Shown: piece by piece, positions 10,601-18,635 of the stretch
Layout: the number at the start of each line of letters is the position of its first letter
Position numbering within the stretch: position 1 is the stretch's first letter
Assembly: GCA_049599135.1 (NCBI GenBank)
Contig: JBMYOI010000013.1
Coordinates: forward strand, 1 to 47,510
Source: Salibacteraceae bacterium
Lineage (GTDB): Bacteria; Bacteroidota; Bacteroidia; Flavobacteriales_G; Salibacteraceae
DNA: 47,510 nt
Direction: 5' to 3'
Program-made: the position numbers and the translations under genes
Notes under the pieces: generated by a model
What the model saw: the letters and a program-made list of their open reading frames with translations, nothing else
Databases searched by the model: none
Told to the model about the DNA's origin: nothing

Positions 10601-12526
10601 TGGTCGTGGTCAAGTGGTTTAACAGTTGACTCACTGGTTTGGTCACATGTTGCAATGGTTGTTAAACCAAACGGGATTACTATTTATGTAAATGGAGTTG
10701 GTTCAACGCACGTTAGAAATTTATCTAAAACCGATATTACTTCAATGAAAATTGGAAGTTATCGTGGCTGGGGAAGCAGAAATTTCAATGGATTAATCGA
10801 TGAAGTTTGTATCTGGAATCGTGCGCTTTCTCAAGAAGAAATTAGAGACATAAAACACCTTACTAGAACAGGTACACAAGCTAATACGAACAATTTAGTG
10901 GCTTATTACCAATTCAATTTACCCGAACAATCTATTGTTATGGATAAGGTTGGAATAAATCATGGGCGGTTAAATGGAGCAAGTTCTAAAGAACATTCTA
11001 CAGCACCCGTTGGTGGCGGAAACAGCGATAGAGTTTTCATTAACTCAAGCAACAATTTTGTTTTACCCAATACCGAATCTGAAATTCAGTTTGGAACTAC
11101 TACGCCAAACAATGAAATTGTATTGACTAGGATAAATATTGCTCCAGACAGTTTAAAGACAAACAACCCTCATTCGGATAGTTATTGGGTGCTTAACAAT
11201 TACGGCACTAAGAATTTCAGTCCGGTTGCAACCATCAAGTTAAAACCTAAAGCAGGCGTTCCTTTTGGTGCTTCGCAAAAAGCTAGGTTAGAAATTCGAG
11301 GTCAAAATGAGCATTTAAACAATTGGATTTCCTCTTGCTGGGTAAATTCAACCGCAAACTCAAAATTTCATTTCAACAGTAGCTGTTCAATTCGAAACTC
11401 TCACCAGCTTTTCATTCAATCGGCAGATACAAGTGTAGTGGTTGGTAATTATATTAGAAAACAAGTTTCTTTAAATGCATGCAAAAAAGACAGCGTTTTT
11501 CTTGAAGGCAACTACCGTTTTGTGTCAGGAGTTTATCTCGATACTTTTAATATTTCACAAACTTCAGATAGCATCACAACCACCTTGCTAACTATTATTA
11601 AAGACACTGCAGTTACTGATGTAAAAACAAGTTGTGATTCACTATTATGGATTGATGGCAACACTTATTTTAGCGACAACAGCACTGCAACTTATTTACT
11701 ACCGAATTCAGTCGGTTGTGATTCTTTAATTACACTAAACCTTACAATAAGTAACGATCACTTAATTGACTCCATTACTTCTTGCACCCCAATTACATGG
11801 ATAGATGGTAAAACATATTCGGCAAACAATGATTCTGCTGAAGCTGTTTTCATCAATTCTTTAGGTTGCGATTCTGTAATAACTCTAAACCTTAACATCA
11901 GTCAAGATCACTTTATTGATTCCATTACTTCTTGTGCACCTATCATATGGATTGATGGAAATACATACTCACAAAACAACGATACTTCTGAAGTAGTTTA
12001 TACCAATTCAAAAGGCTGTGATTCTATTATTTCCTTATCACTAATTATAAAAACCATTGATAATTCAGTTACCCAAAACGGAGATAGTTTAAAAGCAAAT
12101 CAATCAGGAGCTAATTACCAATGGCTAGATTGTGACGCTAGTTATAAAGAATTGAATGGTGACACGAATCAAATATTCAGAGCAACTAAAAACGGCCGAT
12201 ATGCTGTAAAACTAGAAAGTGATGGTTGCCAAGATACTTCAATCTGTTTTGTAATCGAAAACGTAGGAATTCAGACCAATTCTGTCTTTAAAGATTTGAT
12301 TCTTTACCCTAATCCAACTTCGGGGCAAGTCAGCATTAAATTGAGTAGTGTAGCCTCTAGATTAGAAGTTAAGCAATGGAATGTACTGGGAGAATTAGTA
12401 AATTCAAATGTCTTAAACAATACTCAGGAGTTTAACTTTGAAATTCAAGGAGCAGCAGGTAGTTACCTATTAGAACTTGACTCAGGTAACGGAGATATTA
12501 TTAAGCTAAGGGTGATAAAGAAATAG
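7649..12526 (+). CDS. Giant T9SS-secreted multidomain protein: signal peptide, about 7 BNR/Asp-box (sialidase/sortilin-like) repeats, PKD domain, LamG/ConA-like lectin domain, 3 tandem two-Cys repeats, Por_Secre_tail C-terminal domain
   Basis: 1625 aa. Asp-box motifs SNDGGQTW, SINGGITWT, SINGGLTW, SNDGGKTF, TTDGGATF, STNGGKAWT and SANGGSTW. PKD-like YDVTLSVTDGAGQTNS. LamG hallmark LIDEVCIWNRALSQEEI. C-terminal LYPNPTSGQVSIKL…LRVIKK matches the T9SS sorting domain. Confidence 0.85.
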   Translation: MIKSIVATLLFSLSLLTISAQNKDEFFKCIPLIDNTTPEWAKEMYSKNPNVPRVEKLFRAYYKTKPFVKNLHTQNHKYWLRKVEPLLNEKGFIVLKSQAQEDLEFQQLKSSYSVAPPSTPGASTGWVALGPFETYKANTTKAISWHKNVYAIDQSLSNSSMLICGTEGGGVYKTVNKGADWSLISKGEVFSGGNSAVKIHPTNSNRYLVASNSRIYQSNDGGQTWQDKHYTGGTGNEFQYSPSDTNTIFHTSTAGLYKSINGGITWTQVYSQACWDIDFHPTNSSIAYLLKSNSTAKKSEFYKSINGGLTWALVTNGWYSPAILSQASENGGKIAVTPAAPDLVYVCLIGASKQNDDGWIGIYKSSNTGNIWTNPSGQDGGPYSSINDTLEWNVAAYNGGYHQGFFNFDMEASAQDSNKIWVASIRLSESNDGGKTFKSIGAANSTRLDDFHADVQDIEVIGSDIWVATDGGINYSNDTLNAHVALNRGIQAADFWGFNTGWNDDTYTGGKYHDGTTGWYEGYANGKAYNIGGVEEASGYVHPIESRKMIFRTHYASSNSRVRTIPKTFGGNIINSNDFKIRPNEHYWTAERSGFYFDPRYADHIYVALNNAVFKTTDGGATFDTIFTFPDAAGMVYEMEISRSNPNVLYAVYNPKGGYWDPCEIWKSTNGGKAWTKTTAPTGNNRRFRISIQPDDANKVWVCVPRGTNGQKVFYSANGGSTWINKSSSVLNNENLTDIYYQSGANDMVYVTSQNGVFNWDKNSSNWVAYSTGLPLVAKTLQINPFYRDGELRLASAGRGIWARKMKDTSFAPVAQPITYADSVYCSRDTVFFDCYSILKHQGASWAWNISPAPAFISDTTARNPFVVFGSAGSYDVTLSVTDGAGQTNSKTINDMVTVLNHCTPDTIPGLALDCKTSSGYASIPDLNLSQVDSFTVSAWIMPRSLQGNWAAILIDDNSSAGLNFYHSSWNNNLGIGYHWPGGSWSWSSGLTVDSLVWSHVAMVVKPNGITIYVNGVGSTHVRNLSKTDITSMKIGSYRGWGSRNFNGLIDEVCIWNRALSQEEIRDIKHLTRTGTQANTNNLVAYYQFNLPEQSIVMDKVGINHGRLNGASSKEHSTAPVGGGNSDRVFINSSNNFVLPNTESEIQFGTTTPNNEIVLTRINIAPDSLKTNNPHSDSYWVLNNYGTKNFSPVATIKLKPKAGVPFGASQKARLEIRGQNEHLNNWISSCWVNSTANSKFHFNSSCSIRNSHQLFIQSADTSVVVGNYIRKQVSLNACKKDSVFLEGNYRFVSGVYLDTFNISQTSDSITTTLLTIIKDTAVTDVKTSCDSLLWIDGNTYFSDNSTATYLLPNSVGCDSLITLNLTISNDHLIDSITSCTPITWIDGKTYSANNDSAEAVFINSLGCDSVITLNLNISQDHFIDSITSCAPIIWIDGNTYSQNNDTSEVVYTNSKGCDSIISLSLIIKTIDNSVTQNGDSLKANQSGANYQWLDCDASYKELNGDTNQIFRATKNGRYAVKLESDGCQDTSICFVIENVGIQTNSVFKDLILYPNPTSGQVSIKLSSVASRLEVKQWNVLGELVNSNVLNNTQEFNFEIQGAAGSYLLELDSGNGDIIKLRVIKK
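11621..12070 (+). repeat. Three in-frame tandem ~150-bp coding repeats (about 50 aa each, TSCxxIxWIDGxTYSxNNDxxExV…GCDSxITLNLxIS) inside the T9SS cargo gene
   Basis: Protein-level triplication is visible in the ORF translation. Nucleotide stretches are near-identical between copies (tccattacttcttg at ~11771 and ~11921). Confidence 0.7.
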
Positions 12527-12623
12527 TTCAATTATCTGTCTTTCTCGATACAACTTCATAAAGTCGCCAACTCAAACCCGATAGTTATCAGATGACAGCC
12601 TAAACATTATACTGCTACATCGC

Positions 12624-12827
12624 AAAAAAAAAGAAGTACTGTCAAATGTTGTGGGAACTGTCAATTCGAGTGATCCGACGCAGGAGGATAGTATCGAGAA
12701 TGACAGAATCTATGTCAATTTCTCGATACATTTTGCTCTCCCGATAATTATCGGGACTACAAAACACTCGAAATGACATGATAAATTGGCCTCCCACAAT
12801 ATTTGACAGTACTTCCCAAAAAAAAAA
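12624..12827. repeat. ~200-bp structured nested inverted-repeat element flanked by A9/A10 runs (MITE-like, or a structured ncRNA candidate)
   Basis: Outer 24-bp IR gaagtactgtcaaatgttgtggga (~12633-12656) pairs with tcccacaatatttgacagtacttc (~12792-12815) at 23/24. Inner IR ctgtcaattcgagtg pairs with cactcgaaatgacat. Internal 10-bp stem-loop gtatcgagaa…ttctcgatac. Perfect 18-bp palindrome tcccgataattatcggga (~12739-12756). Confidence 0.5.
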
Positions 12828-12847
12828 CGCCTTAGATATAAAGGCGT
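12818..12847 (-). terminator. Rho-independent terminator for the flotillin operon (minus strand)
   Basis: aacgcctt-agatat-aaggcgtt stem-loop. On the minus strand it is followed by a T10 tract (the A10 on the plus strand), ~75 nt downstream of the 12924 stop. Confidence 0.5.
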
Positions 12848-12923
12848 TCTAAATATTATTCAAGTGTTTACTATATAACCAACTGCTAACTTAATTTCGA
12901 AAGCCTTATAGTATCAGTAAAGA

Positions 12924-14504
12924 TTAAGAATCTATAGTCGTTTCTCCTTCTTCAGAATCTTTTGTATTGGTAACCTCAACAGCATTATCAGCTGTTCCTT
13001 CTACCTCCTCGCCCTTTAAATAATTCGGCAATTGCATACCGGCCATATTGAACATTTCTTGAAGAGGAGGAACCGATTTATACATTCCCGAGATAAAATT
13101 TGACGTTGAAGTTTTCCCATCTTTTCCACCACCGCCTTCCCAAACAGTAACTTTATCAATTTTAATGTTTTTGATAGCTTCAGCTTGAGTTTTAACCAAC
13201 TCTGGTAATTTATCGGCAACAAGAAGTAAAACAGCATCTTTAGGATCATCTCCAGCTGCTTTAACTATTCTGTCTAATCCTTCTGCCTGTTTGGTAAGAA
13301 TTTGATACAAACCTTTTGCTTCTGCTTCTTTCTTCAAAAAGATAGCATCTGCCTCACCTTTTGCTATGCGTCTGATTTGCTCAGCCTCGGCCTCTGCATC
13401 AATGGTTATCTTCTCTTTATCAATTTGAGCAGGAACAATAATGTCAGCTTGTTGCTCTGCTTGTTTTCTAGATGCCCTAGCAATTTCTGCAAGTTTCTCA
13501 GCCGCATATGCTTCTTCAAGTGCTTTTGCTGATTGAACCTTTTCAGAAGAGGTTGCTCTTTTATTCGCCTCTGCCTGTCTTTCTCTTCTCAATGCATTTG
13601 ATTCGGCAATTTCTATTTGAGAAATATTTTCACCTTCAATTGATTTTGCATTTGCCACCGCCGTTTTAATTCTTTCTTGTTGGTTTGCTTCCGCTTCCCC
13701 AATTTTTGCTTTTGCCTCAGCATCGGCAGTTTGCACACGCTCGTTTTGGCTAGCATTTGCTTCTCCAATTGTTGCCATAGCATTTAAATCCGCCACTTGA
13801 ACACGTTGGTCCTGAACGGCTGTAGCTTGTCCAATAGCCCCATCTCTATCTTTCTGAGAAACAGAAATAATTGCATCATTAATCGCTTTTGCAGCAGCTT
13901 CTTTTCCTAATGCTTCAATGTATCCTGACTCATCGTGAATATCAGTAATATTCACATTAATCAGTTTTAAACCTACTTTTTTAAGCTCTGCCTCTACACT
14001 ATGCGTAATGTGTGATAAAAACTTATCTCTATCTGTATTTATTTCTTCAATATCCATTGAAGCAACAACCAAACGCAATTGGCCAAAAATGATTTCTTGA
14101 GCCAATTCTTGAACGGCATCAAGAGACAATCCTAATAAACGTTCTGCAGCATTTTGCATAACCGTTGGTTCCGTTGAAATACCAATAGTAAACCTAGAAG
14201 GTACATTTACACGAATGTTCTGCTTACTCAAAGCATTAACCAAATTAACCTCAATTGAAATTGGAGTAAGATCAAGAAAAGAATAATCTTGAATTATTGG
14301 CCAAATAAACGCCGCTCCACCATGAATACACTTTGCGGAAGTTCCTCCACCAGTTTTACCATAAACAACTAAAATTTGATCTGAAGGACATCTCTTGTAC
14401 CTTCTGAACATGGAAAACAAGAAAACAAATAGAATAATTACTACTGCTCCAACTAGAGAAATGCCTCCAAAGGCTGATTGTAGGATAATAAAGGAAAGGC
14501 TCAT
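12924..14504 (-). CDS. Flotillin-family SPFH/Band-7 protein (YqiK/FloT-like)
   Basis: 526 aa. N-terminal TM, SPFH domain, then a long Ala/Glu-rich coiled-coil flotillin region (EAEANQQERIKTA…). Confidence 0.9.
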   Translation of the reverse strand: MSLSFIILQSAFGGISLVGAVVIILFVFLFSMFRRYKRCPSDQILVVYGKTGGGTSAKCIHGGAAFIWPIIQDYSFLDLTPISIEVNLVNALSKQNIRVNVPSRFTIGISTEPTVMQNAAERLLGLSLDAVQELAQEIIFGQLRLVVASMDIEEINTDRDKFLSHITHSVEAELKKVGLKLINVNITDIHDESGYIEALGKEAAAKAINDAIISVSQKDRDGAIGQATAVQDQRVQVADLNAMATIGEANASQNERVQTADAEAKAKIGEAEANQQERIKTAVANAKSIEGENISQIEIAESNALRRERQAEANKRATSSEKVQSAKALEEAYAAEKLAEIARASRKQAEQQADIIVPAQIDKEKITIDAEAEAEQIRRIAKGEADAIFLKKEAEAKGLYQILTKQAEGLDRIVKAAGDDPKDAVLLLVADKLPELVKTQAEAIKNIKIDKVTVWEGGGGKDGKTSTSNFISGMYKSVPPLQEMFNMAGMQLPNYLKGEEVEGTADNAVEVTNTKDSEEGETTIDS

Positions 14505-14507
14505 GTG

Positions 14508-15098
14508 TTATTTTTTTGAAATTAATTTTACTAGTAATATTTCTGCACTTACAATATCGGTCACTTCAACGAGTGTTCTTGTGCTTATTTCTACATCTTC
14601 ATCTGTTAAGGCTTCAAGTTCTCGCAAACTTCCTTGCACCCTTATCTGAACTTTACCAATTGAAGAGCGATTTGCTCCTATAGGAAGATAGACTTCACCT
14701 ACCGCACCAATTGCATTGTTGATTTTTAGAGTGCCCGATTCAGCTAGTCTATTTACCCAAAAAAACAAAAGAGAAGTAAGGACCATCATTATTAATCCGG
14801 CAACGGTGGCAATACCAAGTGTGATTATTGAGGAAAGGCCATAGTCAAGACAAACAATGCCTGTCCAACCAAAAATGGTAAAAAAAGCAATTACGTTTTT
14901 AAAGGTAAAAAACTGAAATCCGACTCCGCCATCAGCATCACCTACATCGGCATCACCTGATAATTCGCCATCTGAATCGGCTCCAATAAAGGTGAGTAAA
15001 AAGATAACAACAAAAATTGCAGAACCTATTAAGGCAATGCCCCAATATACCTGTTGCAGTCTAGACATTGCTGCAAAAAATTCATTTATCCAATCCAT
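14508..15098 (-). CDS. NfeD-like / YqiJ-like membrane protein (partner of flotillin)
   Basis: 196 aa. TM helices, an acidic DGELSGDADVGDADGG linker and a C-terminal OB-fold-like segment (KVQIRVQGSLRELEAL…). It lies 3 nt upstream of the flotillin gene, the classic yqiJK-type operon. Confidence 0.7.
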   Translation of the reverse strand: MDWINEFFAAMSRLQQVYWGIALIGSAIFVVIFLLTFIGADSDGELSGDADVGDADGGVGFQFFTFKNVIAFFTIFGWTGIVCLDYGLSSIITLGIATVAGLIMMVLTSLLFFWVNRLAESGTLKINNAIGAVGEVYLPIGANRSSIGKVQIRVQGSLRELEALTDEDVEISTRTLVEVTDIVSAEILLVKLISKK

Positions 15099-15225
15099 TA
15101 AACTTGAGAATTATTAATGCGCGTTGATTATACTATCAATTACTGCTGGCCAAGATAATTAAAATAGAACTATCCCCGGTTCGTGACTAGAAATAAAATG
15201 TCAAAACTTATGATTGTTGATTCTA

Positions 15226-15717
15226 TTATTTCCCTTCAATCTCGTTAACCGTTTCCATAACCTTGGCTTTTAAAGCTTGTTTGTAATCGGCGTTTCTTTG
15301 AAGTAATTCAGGGTCTGAAGTTCCTAAAATTTGAGCGGCTAATAAGCCTGCATTTTTAGCGCCGTCAAGAGCTACAGTTGCAACAGGTACCCCTCCTGGC
15401 ATTTGAAGTATAGACAATACACTATCCCAACCATCAATTGAATTACTGCTTTTAATAGGAACACCAATTACAGGCAAAGGAGTTACAGAAGCTGTCATTC
15501 CCGGTAAATGGGCAGCCCCACCGGCACCAGCAATAATTACTTTTAAACCACGATCAACGGCACTAGAAGCATAATCCATCATTCTTTCCGGAGTTCTGTG
15601 AGCAGAAACAATTGTCATTTCAAATGAAACTCCCAATTCTTTTAATACATCAGCAGCTTGCTGCATAATAGGCAAATCACTTTTACTTCCCATTATTATT
15701 CCTACTCGTGCGCTCAT
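15226..15717 (-). CDS. purE: N5-carboxyaminoimidazole ribonucleotide mutase PurE
   Basis: [21 protein letters not shown]…[15 protein letters not shown] matches PurE. I chose the internal ATG because the 25-codon extension in the ORF track has no homology and would overlap the neighbouring gene. Confidence 0.9.
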   Translation of the reverse strand: MSARVGIIMGSKSDLPIMQQAADVLKELGVSFEMTIVSAHRTPERMMDYASSAVDRGLKVIIAGAGGAAHLPGMTASVTPLPVIGVPIKSSNSIDGWDSVLSILQMPGGVPVATVALDGAKNAGLLAAQILGTSDPELLQRNADYKQALKAKVMETVNEIEGK

Positions 15718-15742
15718 AAACTCTTGTTTTTGCAAATATATT

Positions 15743-16447
15743 TTATTGAAGTCTAACCTTTTTACTCCGAGTACCAAACTTATAGGCAACACTCATTTTT
15801 ATCGAAAGAGTATTGGTTTTCATCTTACTAAAATCATATTCATGAACATAATCCGACTTAATAATAGGAGTTAAACCACAAGAATTTTTAGCTTCAAACT
15901 GCATATAAAAACCTTTGCTAATGTTAAAATTAAAACCCAAACCAGCGTCGATACCAAACTCAGCACGATTGAATGCATCTAATTCCAATACTTCAGGTCC
16001 TCCAACATCAGTTAAATAAGCAGCATAAGGACCTAGTTCTATAAAAAAGTTATTCTTTTTCCCCAATCTAAATTGAGACATTAATGGAATAGATATATAT
16101 CGCATATTAAATCCTTCTGAATAAGGACCGTCAAAAAGAGACATAAATGGTAATATCACATCTCCTCCACCTGTTCCCCCACCTTTGTCTTTCATTGACA
16201 CATCAATACCTAATCCCCAATATTTAGATACAAACCAACGGTAATAAAGCCCATATGTATAATGGTTTTTACCTCTGAAAAAGGTTGAACAGCTTTTATC
16301 ATTACAAGGAATAAAAGGCTTGTTATACATACTTGTAATACTAATACCTATATCAACTCCAACCTGAAACTTTTGATTTTGAGAAAACGCAGAAAACCAA
16401 AGACTTGAAAGGAATAAAATGAATAGAGGTTGATTAATTTTTCTCAC
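15743..16447 (-). CDS. Outer-membrane beta-barrel protein (porin/OmpA-like barrel family), function unknown
   Basis: 234 aa. Signal peptide ([15 protein letters not shown]), alternating beta-strand pattern, Gly-rich loop, aromatic-rich C-terminus. Confidence 0.55.
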   Translation of the reverse strand: MRKINQPLFILFLSSLWFSAFSQNQKFQVGVDIGISITSMYNKPFIPCNDKSCSTFFRGKNHYTYGLYYRWFVSKYWGLGIDVSMKDKGGGTGGGDVILPFMSLFDGPYSEGFNMRYISIPLMSQFRLGKKNNFFIELGPYAAYLTDVGGPEVLELDAFNRAEFGIDAGLGFNFNISKGFYMQFEAKNSCGLTPIIKSDYVHEYDFSKMKTNTLSIKMSVAYKFGTRSKKVRLQ

Positions 16448-16461
16448 GTTGGCTATTAATA

Positions 16462-17217
16462 TTAAACTGGCCCCAGTCTCTGTCTAGACACTTCATAAAG
16501 AACAACTCCAGAAGCAACGGCAACGTTCAATGAAGCTGTTTTACCTCCCATAGGAATAGTTACATGATCATCGCAACGCTCTAAAGTTCTTTCTGAAATT
16601 CCTTCGCCTTCATCCCCCATAATAATAGCCGTAGGCCCTGTGTATGAAACCTCATCCAAACGTTTATTTGATTTTTCACTACATGCCACCAATTGACAAC
16701 CAGAATTTTGAAGGAATTCCAAAATACTCCCAAAATGAACTTCTTTACAAATTGGAATATTGAAAATAGCTCCCGCAGAAGTTTTAACTACGTCAGCATT
16801 AATCGCTACCGCATTTCTAGCAGGCATAATTACGGCATGCACTCCCATACATTCAGCAGAACGTAGGATACTACCAAAGTTTCTTACATCGGTTACTCCA
16901 TCCATAATTAGTATCAATGGATTTTTACCCTGATCGAATAATTGAGGCAAAATAGTTTCAATTGAATGGAATTCTACTGGAGATATAAAAGCTACTATAC
17001 CTTGATGGTTTTTTCGTGTAATGCGATTCAACTTTTCCTCAGGAACCTGTTTCATCAGCACATTTTTCTGTTTACAGAGTTGACGCAGTTCATTAACTGA
17101 AGAACCTCTCATGTCTCTACTTACTAATACCTTATCTATGGTTTTATCCGATCGAAGTGCTTCTTCCACAGGGTGCATTCCGAAAATAAAATCGTTATCG
17201 TCTCTTTGTCTTTCCAT
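16462..17217 (-). CDS. rlmB: 23S rRNA (guanosine-2'-O)-methyltransferase RlmB (SpoU/TrmH family)
   Basis: SpoU motifs LILIMDGVTDVRNFGSILRSAECMGV and IIMGDEGEGISERTLERCDDHVTIPMGGKTASLNVAVA. Start trimmed to an internal Met to avoid overlap with the upstream gene. Confidence 0.8.
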   Translation of the reverse strand: MERQRDDNDFIFGMHPVEEALRSDKTIDKVLVSRDMRGSSVNELRQLCKQKNVLMKQVPEEKLNRITRKNHQGIVAFISPVEFHSIETILPQLFDQGKNPLILIMDGVTDVRNFGSILRSAECMGVHAVIMPARNAVAINADVVKTSAGAIFNIPICKEVHFGSILEFLQNSGCQLVACSEKSNKRLDEVSYTGPTAIIMGDEGEGISERTLERCDDHVTIPMGGKTASLNVAVASGVVLYEVSRQRLGPV

Positions 17218-17218
17218 T

Positions 17219-18523
17219 CTAATATTTGTAAACACGGCCTTGTCTCCAAGTATCTACCGCTTTGTACCAATAGGTTTTGTATTCTGGATTCCGTTCTAAT
17301 CTCAAATCGTTTGAGCTAAACGGATTGTAGGTAAGGCTGAAATTATATGTGATTTGTGGTTGAGTTTTTCCATTTCCATAAATCCAGCTTTCACCTTGAG
17401 AGTTTTTGTAAATCACATCTGGTGGTCCAAAAACAACATAAATCAATCCTCTGTCCGTTTTCCAACCTTGAATATGGGTGGTAAAAAAGTTATTGGCATC
17501 TTCTACTCTATTGTAATAAGTACGTATCAATTCCCTAGCTCTGTCAGGACTTGCTGAAACCGTTAACCAATATTGCTCAACTCCATCCCTCAGAAACTCT
17601 GACTTTTTAATCTCATTATATTCCTTGTTGGTTGTAATAAAACGCAAAGGTTCAATCATCTGCGAAGCATCCCTTAAATCAGGAAAATTGTCTTCATACC
17701 TAATTAGCGTCAATCCTTCTTTAGAAGCACTATCGGTTTGAATATGGAACATTCCTTTTTTATTCAAATCCAAGTAGAAGGCATTGTCTTCATCTAAGTC
17801 AACATAATACATACTGTCTGGCTCAAAACTGAAGCGTTTTGGAGAATAAACGGCAAATGGCGGCGGAGTTAACGGGAATTTTCTATCAAAATACTTAACT
17901 GCAATCCTTCGTACTCCTGCATCGGCATAGGTTACTTTTAATTTTTCACTCGAACCAAATTTTCGACGAAACACCAAACTTTCGTTACCAGCATCCCTCA
18001 CTTCAAAATTTTGACGACCCATTTTTGACGTTTTGTCAACGGTTACGTATACACTTTCTTCCTTCCCTTTATTTAAGTCTCTAGCAGTTACTTTAAGTAC
18101 GTATTTGTTTGGGTACTTAACCTCTAGATTTACTTTTCCCGTAATTTCTTTCGAAAGCATTTCGTTATTTACATCTTCTACAATAACGGAAGAAGAATCA
18201 ACAACAAAAGTTGATGAAAACGATTCGAAAAGCAGGTAGGTTATTTTAACTCTTGCAGTAAAGTCACCACCATCTGTTGGTTTTAAATACAACAAGTTTT
18301 TACTTTCCAATCTAAAATCGAGCTGTGAACGCTTTTCAGAAGAATGGTATACTTGAATTTGAGGGTTAATGTTTCTGCCTGTTTCACGATATAAATCAGC
18401 TAAATTGGTATTGCTGATTTGGTTACTTGAAGTAGCACAACCAAAGACTATCCATGCAAGCACTAAAATTTTAAAAATGTTTTGGACTTGTTTCACAGCT
18501 GGCGAATTTACGACTAAAGTCAC
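17219..18523 (-). CDS. GWxTD-domain protein (Bacteroidota-specific, function unknown)
   Basis: 434 aa. Signal/lipobox (VFGCATSS). C-terminal GWKTDRGLIYVVFGPPDVIY matches the GWxTD signature. Confidence 0.75.
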   Translation of the reverse strand: MTLVVNSPAVKQVQNIFKILVLAWIVFGCATSSNQISNTNLADLYRETGRNINPQIQVYHSSEKRSQLDFRLESKNLLYLKPTDGGDFTARVKITYLLFESFSSTFVVDSSSVIVEDVNNEMLSKEITGKVNLEVKYPNKYVLKVTARDLNKGKEESVYVTVDKTSKMGRQNFEVRDAGNESLVFRRKFGSSEKLKVTYADAGVRRIAVKYFDRKFPLTPPPFAVYSPKRFSFEPDSMYYVDLDEDNAFYLDLNKKGMFHIQTDSASKEGLTLIRYEDNFPDLRDASQMIEPLRFITTNKEYNEIKKSEFLRDGVEQYWLTVSASPDRARELIRTYYNRVEDANNFFTTHIQGWKTDRGLIYVVFGPPDVIYKNSQGESWIYGNGKTQPQITYNFSLTYNPFSSNDLRLERNPEYKTYWYKAVDTWRQGRVYKY

Positions 18524-18635
18524 TAATAAATAAAGTGACTTGGATTAATTGTAGTTGAAGAAATTCTGTTTTTGGCTCGAGCCGCTTGGCTTTCCTTTTG
18601 TCTTGACACAAAAGGAAAATACAACTACTAAACAA

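Noticed and set aside
12527-12923. Possible small protein or tRNA in the 400-bp convergent gap
   Set aside because: No ORF of 60 aa or more is present. No tRNA-like GGTTCGAATCC T-arm, acceptor stem or CCA context was found. The region is better explained as the structured IR element plus terminator.
15718-15792. 25-codon N-terminal extension of purE in the ORF track (MLPISLV…)
   Set aside because: The extension has no PurE homology, contains the Met that matches the conserved PurE N-terminus ([10 protein letters not shown]) and would overlap the upstream barrel gene. The shorter start was used.
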